A DNA stretch of 64,000 nucleotides from an uncultured virus (IMG/VR IMGVR_UViG_3300025127_000021) (Duplodnaviria; Heunggongvirae; Uroviricota; Caudoviricetes), in the IMG/VR virus record IMGVR_UViG_3300025127_000021. One strand, 5' to 3'. Position 1 is the first letter of the stretch. Each line of letters starts with the position of its first letter. A program made the position numbers and the translations under genes. The notes under the pieces are model-generated. The model ran no database searches. It saw only the letters and a list, made by a program, of their open reading frames with translations, and was not told the origin of the DNA. Positions 9,254 to 17,600 of this stretch are shown here, piece after piece.

Positions 9254-10513
9254 ATGAAACATATTATCAATAACAAAGATTATAGCAATGAAGTGCATAG
9301 TTTGACTAACTTTGCAAAAAAGCGAATGGGATTCTCAAACACGCCAAAAATTCTGTTTGATGATGACATCCCCAACAGCCAAAAAACTCTTGGAAGAACT
9401 GGATACTATGATCCTTCTACTTCTGAGATTCATATTTATGCTTCTGGTCGGCACATTAAAGATATCTTAAGATCTCTTGCCCATGAGTTTGTTCACCACA
9501 TGCAAAACGAAAAAGGTGATCTTATGGATGATGGATACATGGGCCAAGGATACGCACAAAAAAACCCTAAAATGCGTGAAATGGAACGTCAGGCATATGA
9601 GATGGGAAATCTTTGTTTCCGAGACTGGGAAGATAGCTTAAAACAAAAACATCCAACTATTTATAACGAAAGGAGAAATCGCAAAATGTCACTAAAAGAT
9701 TGGAAAAATAAAGAATTAAACGAAAACCTTAACAAAAGGTGGGGATTCAGCATGAATCTTGATGCTCTAAATGAGAATAAAAAAGAATATGACCTTGAGG
9801 AAAACCAAGATCGTATTTTTGCACCTAACCACTACTGTGCTCATCATGTTATTCATGAAGGCAAAGAAGGTTATACCGTTGATCACAACTACAACGAGAA
9901 ACTAGGAAAAGTTACTCGATACGATGTTAAGTTTGGGGATGGTTCAATTAAGAGAAATATCCATGAAAGCGAGTTGACAGTTCTTGAGGCCTTCACTATG
10001 GAAGAACATGGTGGTAGCAAAAAGCCCGGTAAGAGAGACGATCACCCGCCCGCAAAACGGGATAAAGGTGAAAACAAGAACATGCCCAAAGATCGTATAA
10101 GGCGAGATATTGAAGGTGACGGACAAAAATTACCCAAAGACAAAGATGGTGAAATCGATTGGAACAAAGCAGATGAAATGGCTGCGGACATTCGCAGGAA
10201 AAAACCTGAAACTAGATTGGCAAAAGAGAATGTAGAAGAAAATCTTGATAACCTCAAGGGTGGGCTTCAAGCTTATATGAAAAACAAATCATCCAAAAAT
10301 AAATCATCTAAAGAAGATGACAATAAAGACTCCTCAGATAAAGAAGAGAAAGAAGACGATAAGTCTTCAGATGAAAAAAAACCAAAAGATGGTAAAATGC
10401 CTATGAAAACAGATACCAAAGATGCCGATGGTGATGGTGATACGAAAGATAAAGTGCCAGCTTTTGTAAAAGAATCTCTAAGTAGACGAATCCGAGTCAA
10501 AATTAAACGATGA
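9254..10513 (+). CDS. HExxH metallopeptidase-like N-domain fused to a charged virion-type C-terminal region
   Basis: DILRSLAHEFVHH; HYCAHH module; DADGDGD; ends RRIRVKIKR. Confidence 0.7.
   Translation: MKHIINNKDYSNEVHSLTNFAKKRMGFSNTPKILFDDDIPNSQKTLGRTGYYDPSTSEIHIYASGRHIKDILRSLAHEFVHHMQNEKGDLMDDGYMGQGYAQKNPKMREMERQAYEMGNLCFRDWEDSLKQKHPTIYNERRNRKMSLKDWKNKELNENLNKRWGFSMNLDALNENKKEYDLEENQDRIFAPNHYCAHHVIHEGKEGYTVDHNYNEKLGKVTRYDVKFGDGSIKRNIHESELTVLEAFTMEEHGGSKKPGKRDDHPPAKRDKGENKNMPKDRIRRDIEGDGQKLPKDKDGEIDWNKADEMAADIRRKKPETRLAKENVEENLDNLKGGLQAYMKNKSSKNKSSKEDDNKDSSDKEEKEDDKSSDEKKPKDGKMPMKTDTKDADGDGDTKDKVPAFVKESLSRRIRVKIKR
9656..9688 (+). promoter_or_regulatory. internal late promoter, SD and in-frame start
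   Basis: ACTATTTA 9656-9663, AAGGAG, ATG 9686 in frame with 9254. Confidence 0.55.
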
Positions 10514-11595
10514 AATTTAAATCTTTAAACAGAATTATATTAGAAACAGTTGAATCTTATGATCATGATGCGATTGTTGAAATCAGTTCTATTGAACAGC
10601 TTCGAGAAATGTCTATTATGTCAGGATCTCCCGGAGCAGCCCAAGGGCATGCCGGAAAACAAGAAAAGCCGCCTGTGTCTACCAAAAAAGCTATCGCAAA
10701 ATTTAATAAAAAAGAAGAAGAAAATCAACGTCTCAAAGGAGTTACTGAAATGATCAATAGAAAAAATTTAGTTATTGAAATGAAACTAAGAGAATACATC
10801 AGAAACAAGCTGAGGTCTGTGATACATGAAAAACAAAAAGCGGAACTGCAACAAGAAATGCAACTCCGCAAAGTAATCCAAAACCTTCTTGCCGAAGGTG
10901 ATATTTCTGATATTCACCCTCATAGGTCTACTGGTATCAATGTTCTTGAGGACCTTTTGAAAAAAATGGTTCCAACTCTTCGAACTGACTACAAGCGCCT
11001 TACTACTGATCAATCTCAAAGAGACTCTTTTCGCGCTCACTTGGTAAAAGCAATAAAAGACTCACTTATGCCAATGATGGTCAATGATAAATATCGACCA
11101 GAAGACGAATCAGGTGCAGCCCCACCTGCTGACTCTGGTGCTCTTCTTTCAGAACCAACCGAAGAACCAGAAGCTCCGGAAGCTGATGCTGAGGATGAAG
11201 GTGGCGATGACGATGAAGCAGCCCTTGCTGCTTTAGAAGAAGCTATTTTTGAAGAGCTTGCTAATATGAGCGAAATCGACATCGACGTAAAAGATGGTGA
11301 TGAAGAGAAAAAAGTTCCTGTTGAAAAAGATGATACTCCTTCCGAAGAAGAAGCCTTTGGGGCTGGTCTAGAAGGCATGGATGAAACGGGGAGGAATATG
11401 GCTTTTACTTGTTTTAAGAAAGTAAGTCAATACATCCTAGATGCCTATGATTCTCTAGCCAACCCCAAAGACAAAGAAATCTTCATCGATTATCTAATCA
11501 CCAATGTTAAGTTGTATTTTGACAAGTTTGAAGGGGAGATTTCAAAGACTGTTGATGAACCTACAACTCAACAATATGATGATGCTAAAGCTTGA
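10510..11595 (+). CDS. acidic hypothetical protein, probable head/scaffold-type
   Basis: 361 aa; LNRIILE, LREYIR, LRKVIQ..LAE tag-like helices; acidic linker. Confidence 0.65.
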   Translation: MKFKSLNRIILETVESYDHDAIVEISSIEQLREMSIMSGSPGAAQGHAGKQEKPPVSTKKAIAKFNKKEEENQRLKGVTEMINRKNLVIEMKLREYIRNKLRSVIHEKQKAELQQEMQLRKVIQNLLAEGDISDIHPHRSTGINVLEDLLKKMVPTLRTDYKRLTTDQSQRDSFRAHLVKAIKDSLMPMMVNDKYRPEDESGAAPPADSGALLSEPTEEPEAPEADAEDEGGDDDEAALAALEEAIFEELANMSEIDIDVKDGDEEKKVPVEKDDTPSEEEAFGAGLEGMDETGRNMAFTCFKKVSQYILDAYDSLANPKDKEIFIDYLITNVKLYFDKFEGEISKTVDEPTTQQYDDAKA

Positions 11596-11602
11596 TATAT
11601 AT

Positions 11603-11631
11603 AATATAACCTATTCTGATGATATTGTCAA
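11603..11631 (-). promoter_or_regulatory. antisense sigma70-type promoter
   Basis: Minus strand reads TTGACA-atatcatcagaataggt (17 nt)-TATATT. Confidence 0.7.
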
Positions 11632-11649
11632 GGAAAAAGTGTAAAAAAT

Positions 11650-12015
11650 ATGCCTTGGAAGAAAAAACTGAATTCCTATCAAGGAAAAAATAAAAATTAT
11701 TCTTTTAGAAACAAAATCAAAAAAGAAAAAAAACTAGATGATACATTTGAAACTATATTAAATTCTCTAACTCTAGAAGAATTAATATCTTTAAAGTTAG
11801 AATTATCTTCTAGTTATATTAATAATAGATTATATAATATACCTATATATAATAATTTAATATATATAGTAAAAGAAGCTTGTCTGAAATATGCACTCTC
11901 TGCATGTAGAACGAAAGGAGATGCAGCCCGTATGTTGGGACTTTCAGAAGCTAACTTTCAAACAGAATTGAAAAGATTTAATATCTTACAAAAAAAAGTT
12001 GAAGAAAATACTTGA
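11650..12015 (+). CDS. Fis/NtrC-type HTH DNA-binding protein
   Basis: C-terminal KEACLKYALSACRTKGDAARMLGLS..LKRFNI matches the Fis HTH pattern. Confidence 0.65.
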   Translation: MPWKKKLNSYQGKNKNYSFRNKIKKEKKLDDTFETILNSLTLEELISLKLELSSSYINNRLYNIPIYNNLIYIVKEACLKYALSACRTKGDAARMLGLSEANFQTELKRFNILQKKVEENT

Positions 12016-12040
12016 CAAGATCTTCCCAATAGGTTATATT
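12012..12040 (+). promoter_or_regulatory. sigma70-type promoter
   Basis: TTGACA-17 nt-TATATT, then GGAGG SD and ATG 12072. Confidence 0.8.
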
Positions 12041-12071
12041 GTATATACTGGATATTTCTATGGGAGGAAAA

Positions 12072-12338
12072 ATGAAAGTAACAGTAGATGATATAATCAA
12101 AAAATATAAAAATAAGAAAGGCGACGAGGAAGCCGAAACCATATTGATCGACAACAATGCAGACAAAAAGAGATCAAACACAGTCTCAATATGGGGATGC
12201 ACCTCGGATATTTCTAAAATAGCTCAGCGGTGCCGTAAGCATATAGTTAGTATTCGAGATGATGCCAATGGCTGTGCTTTAGAGATTGATAGAAAAGCTT
12301 TCCGTGGAGTTGTTTATGCTTTTAAGGTGTCTAAATGA
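12072..12338 (+). CDS. hypothetical protein
   Basis: GGAGG SD favours start 12072. Confidence 0.7.
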   Translation: MKVTVDDIIKKYKNKKGDEEAETILIDNNADKKRSNTVSIWGCTSDISKIAQRCRKHIVSIRDDANGCALEIDRKAFRGVVYAFKVSK

Positions 12339-13210
12339 CCTATGGCAAACGAATAACATGGCTCGAAGAAAGAAAAAAATCTAAAACAGTTTGCACCAAC
12401 AAAAAAAACCGTATTGTTCTCTTTGACATGGATGGCACTTTAACTCCACCTCGACAAAGTTTTGATACGAATCTTTTGCAACCTTTGAGAGAGTTATCTC
12501 AACACACTCAGATCGGCATAGTTACAGGCTCAGATGTGGAATATGTAAACCAGCAAATGGAATACGTTCTTAAAAAAAGTGAATTGGTTTACTGTTTACA
12601 TCTGTTGCCATGCAACGGTACCAAATGGTATCCACCACCAAGACAATTGGATGATTGGTATGACATTAAACATAATGCTGATATGAGAGAAACTTTAGGC
12701 GAAGAAAAATATAGACACTTAGTTGCAATATTGTTAGATTTGCAGTGTCATGTTTCTGCGCTTGGGATACCTCTAACCGGTGAATTTATACAATACAGAG
12801 GATCAATGATTAATTGGTGTCCAATTGGTCGCGCTGCAAAATCTAAAGATAGAGAGCAATTTGTTCTCAAAGATGAGAAATTAAGTATTAGAAAAAATTA
12901 TCTCAAAAGATTAGAAAGAAAATTAAGCCTTAATGGGATACAAAAGGACATTGCTTGTACTTTGGGAGGAGATACAAGTTTTGATATCTATCCGATAGGT
13001 TGGGATAAAACATACGCTCTTCGTCATTTTGAAGATTATGATGTTTGGTTTGTTGGTGATCGCTGTGGGGAGAACGGCAATGATAAGCAAATTTATGACG
13101 CATTGTATTCAAAAGGTAGAAGCTACAAGACAACAGGTATTGAAAAAACAAAAGAAATAATTAAAGCTCTTGTTGGGCATTTCGCTTCGTTGGAAAGCAC
13201 TGATGGCTGA
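12335..13210 (+). CDS. eukaryote-type phosphomannomutase (HAD-IIB, PMM2/Sec53-like)
   Basis: LFDMDGTLTPPR, VTGSD, FIQYRGSMINWCPIGR, GGDTSFDIYPIGWDKTY, GD..GNDKQIY. Confidence 0.9.
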   Translation: MTYGKRITWLEERKKSKTVCTNKKNRIVLFDMDGTLTPPRQSFDTNLLQPLRELSQHTQIGIVTGSDVEYVNQQMEYVLKKSELVYCLHLLPCNGTKWYPPPRQLDDWYDIKHNADMRETLGEEKYRHLVAILLDLQCHVSALGIPLTGEFIQYRGSMINWCPIGRAAKSKDREQFVLKDEKLSIRKNYLKRLERKLSLNGIQKDIACTLGGDTSFDIYPIGWDKTYALRHFEDYDVWFVGDRCGENGNDKQIYDALYSKGRSYKTTGIEKTKEIIKALVGHFASLESTDG

Positions 13211-13553
13211 CCAAAATTATTTTTTAAGAATGATCACAAGGGTCATGGAGCATGGAATTTATCTAGGAGACATAGAAGACACTGAAAAATATTTAGAAGA
13301 TCTTGTAGATACATTTGCGACCGAGAGTCACTTGTTTTGTCGCTATGAAAATAAAGTTGTTATCATAGAAGACTCTATGTGCAACCCAATCATGAATTTG
13401 GCAGTAAATAAAGATACTTTATTTGTTGTGCCCGCTGGAGAAGATAATTTCTTTTCCTGCTTTTTAAAGGTAATTAGGTATGTATCAGATGTCCACAGAA
13501 AAAACAAAAACAAAAAGGAAAAAATCATCGAAGAAACGTTCGAGTGGATTTAA
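13203..13553 (+). CDS. hypothetical protein
   Basis: ATG overlaps the end of the PMM gene. Confidence 0.65.
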   Translation: MADQNYFLRMITRVMEHGIYLGDIEDTEKYLEDLVDTFATESHLFCRYENKVVIIEDSMCNPIMNLAVNKDTLFVVPAGEDNFFSCFLKVIRYVSDVHRKNKNKKEKIIEETFEWI

Positions 13554-13578
13554 TGATAAGTTACTTGGGAGAGAACGA

Positions 13579-13905
13579 ATGAAAATATTTTATTTAAAGA
13601 GAACCGAAGATGAGAGCGGCGTCAGTGGTACTGGAAGAATTGCTCAAGGTTTTATTTTTGATAATGGAAAGGTTGCTCTGACTTGGCTTTCAGAACACCC
13701 TTCAGTAACAGTATACGACAGCATCGGTGAAGTTCATGCAATCCATGGCCACGGTGGTAAAACAGAAGTAATTATGGAACCAGACTACAAACGAGCATTT
13801 GGAGAGATGAAAAGTTTTGTTGATAACTTCAAACTTGAAGATGTTTTAAAGACTCAATTGCCCGTTGAAGGTTCTGCTGCAAAGCTTTTAAAGGAGAAAG
13901 AATGA
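13579..13905 (+). CDS. hypothetical phage protein
   Basis: FYLKRTEDESGVSGTGRIAQG..HGHGG; GGGAG SD supports start 13579. Confidence 0.7.
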   Translation: MKIFYLKRTEDESGVSGTGRIAQGFIFDNGKVALTWLSEHPSVTVYDSIGEVHAIHGHGGKTEVIMEPDYKRAFGEMKSFVDNFKLEDVLKTQLPVEGSAAKLLKEKE

Positions 13906-14333
13906 GAAAAAAAACTGTAGCAGTAAGCGGTGGATTTGACCCAATCCATGTGGGACATATCAGAATGATTCGAGAAGCTGCCGAACATGGAGATGTTATT
14001 GTTATTGCAAATTCAGACGAATGGCTTTTGCGAAAAAAAGGATATGTTTTTATGTCTTGGAAAGAAAGAGCCGAAATAATCCAAAGCATCAAAGGTGTTA
14101 CTGCTGTTTTTCAAGCTGATGATGATGATGACACTGTGACCGAAAGTCTACTAAGATTAAAACCAGATATTTTTGCCAACGGCGGTGATCGAAAGCAACA
14201 AAATACACCCGAAATGAAAGTCTGTGACGATATCGGAATTGAGATGATTTGGAATGTAGGCGGCGGAAAAATACAATCTTCTTCTGAGTTGGTAGCAAAA
14301 AGCAAACAACACAAAGGAGAAGGAAGTGTCTGA
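13902..14333 (+). CDS. cytidylyltransferase-like nucleotidyltransferase (TagD/RfaE-II family)
   Basis: SGGFDPIHVGH (HxGH), NSD, ER, KIQSSS. Confidence 0.9.
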   Translation: MRKKTVAVSGGFDPIHVGHIRMIREAAEHGDVIVIANSDEWLLRKKGYVFMSWKERAEIIQSIKGVTAVFQADDDDDTVTESLLRLKPDIFANGGDRKQQNTPEMKVCDDIGIEMIWNVGGGKIQSSSELVAKSKQHKGEGSV

Positions 14334-14580
14334 AAAATTTAGAGACGGAGCAGCAGACCGACTGCTGGATAGGATAGAGACCGATACCACCGGTAAATTA
14401 AAAAAATTAGTTAGTGAACTGATGGAGGTGTCAAAAGAATTATCGAAAGCCGGCGTCCCGTTAGATGAAATTGCCTCAACGGTAACAATGTTTTGGTATG
14501 TTGGCCAAAATCCGGAAATGGAAAGTTTGATTACCGCATTCAATGGTTTAAATATATCGGACGAAAATAAATACAATTAG
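14326..14580 (+). CDS. hypothetical protein
   Basis: GTG start with AAGGAG SD. Confidence 0.65.
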   Translation: MSEKFRDGAADRLLDRIETDTTGKLKKLVSELMEVSKELSKAGVPLDEIASTVTMFWYVGQNPEMESLITAFNGLNISDENKYN

Positions 14581-14583
14581 TAC

Positions 14584-14610
14584 AAAGGAGGGAGAAATCT
14601 CTCCTTTTTT
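14584..14610 (+). terminator. intrinsic terminator
   Basis: AAAGGAGGGA-GAAA-TCTCTCCTTT stem-loop running into a T tract, right after stop 14580. Confidence 0.8.
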
Positions 14611-14611
14611 G

Positions 14612-14618
14612 CTATTTA
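14612..14618 (+). promoter_or_regulatory. candidate late promoter
   Basis: CTATTTA immediately after the terminator; GAGG SD; ATG 14648. Confidence 0.6.
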
Positions 14619-14647
14619 TAGTATATAATACAACACGAGGAATCTGT

Positions 14648-17600
14648 ATGCTCAATGAAGAAGAGGCAGATGTTGAAACTGTCAAAGACTTGGCAGACAA
14701 AAATGCCCAGATAGATAAAGCACTTCAGCAAATATTCGGATCAATTGAAAAACAAGCTATGAAAGCCGCTGATGTTAAATCCGAAGGTATTGGGGATGCT
14801 ATAAAAAACGCTCTCGACCCTAGTAAAAACCCTGTTCTTAAAATGATTAACAAAAGCAAAGCCTTAGGAAGCATTATGGCTGCCTTGGGACTTGCTGGTA
14901 AAGCGCCACCGCATGAGGTATCTCTCAATTCTATGGTTGATGGACTCGCCGATCCCAAACCCGGTGTTATTGAGCTTATAAGTGACTACATAGATCCGTC
15001 AACTTTGGAGACAATTATGCAACTAGTACAACAAACACCAATGGAAGAAACTCTTGAAGATCAAATTGCCGAAGCAGTAATGGATTTATTGGATGAGGGT
15101 CCCTTGGCAGATAAGTTCAAAGATAAAGACGGAAACCTTAAACCTCAGCTTGCCGACACGACAACTAGCCCAGCAGGTGGAGATAGTGATAAAGGCGATG
15201 ATCAACAGGGCAGTACTGAAACTGACGATAAAACAAAAAAAGCCATGGCAGTACTTAACCAAGTGCTTAAGAACGTGGCCGCAAAGGGCCCCGCTGAAGC
15301 TATTAATGATTTTAGAGAAGATAAAAAAGCTGTAAACACTTATAAAGCTGCTGTCGCCGCTTTAGGTGGCGAAGATAAAGTAGAAAATTCTCTTGAGGGA
15401 GATCAACAAAAGCAATTTGCTAAACTAAACGTTTTTTGGGAAGAAGTTTTTGGCCCCCTTGATAGCCCCATTGATAGTTCTGCTGACAACAAAAACAAAG
15501 TGGATGATAATAAATTAAAACAAATTAACAAAGCAATCGACTCAATCTCGAAGACTGTAAAAGATCCGAAAGGCTTTACAAGTTATTTTGTTGGCAGAAC
15601 CGATGGCTCGTTTTCCGTTCTTAAATCTATTTTTCTTATAACAAGCAAAGAAGATATGGAAAAAACCCAAGAAGTGGATAAAAATGCCGTTCTGCTTCGA
15701 ACAGCCTTACAGGCAAAATATCTTGATAAAGATATGCAAGTTGCACAGCCTTTTGTTGCATTGGTTTACAATTCTAAGAAATATTCCTTAGACCAAATAG
15801 AAGCAGTGGATAAGCAAAAACTAGAAGAGAGATATAAAGAGGCTGATTCCTTTAAGGTATTGAACATTAAACAATTTTTGGCTATGGCTTCCACCTTAAA
15901 GCAATACAAAAACGCTGCAATGGTTTTATCATTAAAAAATCCAGAAAACCCTGTGTTAAACTGGGCAGGTCTCGGTGAAAACGGAGTAAAAGCTATTGAA
16001 GCGCTGCTGGCCACAAAAAGTTTGGAAGAGTTTGTTAAAAAATATAAATCTACCAACCAAGCTCTTAAGATGCCTACAATTTCATCCGGTGCATTTGCAC
16101 GAATGAAACCAGAGGAGATTTTAGACGCAGTTAAAAAACAGTTTTCTGAATTAGATGAGACTGCCCCAAGTGATGATAAAAAGGTTGTGCCTCATCTTGA
16201 AAAATTTTTAAAAGGTGGAGAAGAGCAGACATCCGAATTGGAAGTATCTAAGGCTGAAGAGAGATATGGCCAAGCGTTAAAACAATTTCTTGATGATAAT
16301 CAATATCTCGTTGTTGTCAAATTTTTAGCTATTCTTATGAAAGCAGAATTGATACAAGAAGGGCCTTTGCAAGATGCATGGAAAGTTCTTAATATCGAAC
16401 AAGGTTGGTCTAAAGTATTAAAACAAGCTGAAGCAGACGGCACTTTTACAAAGGAAGAAAGAAAAGTATTGATTTCTGTTTTGAAAGATCCCGAAAAATC
16501 AAAACAATTTGTAGCTGCAATCCAACAAACAGAAAAAGAACCCCAAGGAAAAGAAGGTTCCGGAGAAGACAAATCAATTGGTGAGTTTGAACCTCAAGAG
16601 TTGATGAACAGTATTGTTGTATTTGTAGGTAAACACAACACTAATTTGGAGCCTGATCCCGAGGGTAGCGCACCACAACCCGGAGCTAGACCAAACTTTT
16701 TCTATCCTCATGATAATAAAATGTCATCACAGGCTAAAATTATTCACGGACTTTACGCTCAAATGCGAAAGGTTCTAAAGCTAGATCCAGAAGACCTAAG
16801 TCGACAATTGAAGGCTTTCAACGATGAAAGCGCCACCACCCCAGATAAGACATTACCGGCCGACCAACCTCAACAAAACGAATCAATCCTTCGAGAAAAG
16901 AAATTTGATCCCAAAAGAGCAGGCCCAGAGAATTTTGTTTCTTTAAGAAATTATGTCCAAGATACTGTTGAGGCTGTTGGAGAATATAAACAAACCGCAA
17001 CAAAAGGGATGAAAGGGTCTCAATCTCTGTATAACAAATATAAAGCACAACTGGGTGGTGATGCTAGAAACCCAAAAGATGTCTTATATAAACTTCTTCT
17101 ACCAAATGTTGTTAATCTGGCAAACGCATTGGCTGCCCGAATTGAATTCGAGATGAAGAAAAGACCCTCGGACAAAGAAGATGAGGAAACGACCGACCAA
17201 GATCCAAAAGCAGCAGAGACTGATGACAAACAAGTTCAAAAAGAAGTCATTATAGAAGGAGCAGGTGATGATTATCTTAAAAAAGTTGAACAAATTAAAG
17301 CTGTATTTTTGAAAGTTTCTGATATCGCACCAAGATTGTACGACACTTTGGAACAGTATGGCGGTGAAGATTTAAAACCAATTAAAGACATCCGATCAGC
17401 TAGCCAATCCATATACACTGAGTTGGAAAAGATTAGAGAATTTTTTCCTTTAACCAAACCTTTTGAGTCTGAGTTGCATGGCACCAAAGGATTTGATGAT
17501 GCACTTAAGAGAACTCAAGCTTTGTTGAGGACTGTCAATAGAGCATTGGTACCTGTTTCGACTTTTGGTTCATTTGAAGACATGAAGACGGCTTCTTTGA

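Larger units (their letters stand above)
11596..12047. repeat. 37-bp imperfect inverted repeat (11596-11632 / 12011-12047)
   Basis: cttgacaatatcatcagaataggttatattatatata versus cttgacaagatcttcccaataggttatattgtatata, 32/37 identical. Confidence 0.75.

Noticed and set aside
11596..12047. Inverted repeats as IS or MITE ends
   Set aside because: There is no transposase and no evident target-site duplication; the arms are explained as promoters.
12335..13210. Eukaryotic or giant-virus (NCLDV) origin suggested by the PMM and kinase
   Set aside because: SD sites, sigma70 promoters, peptidoglycan hydrolases and gp25/gp6 genes indicate a bacteriophage.
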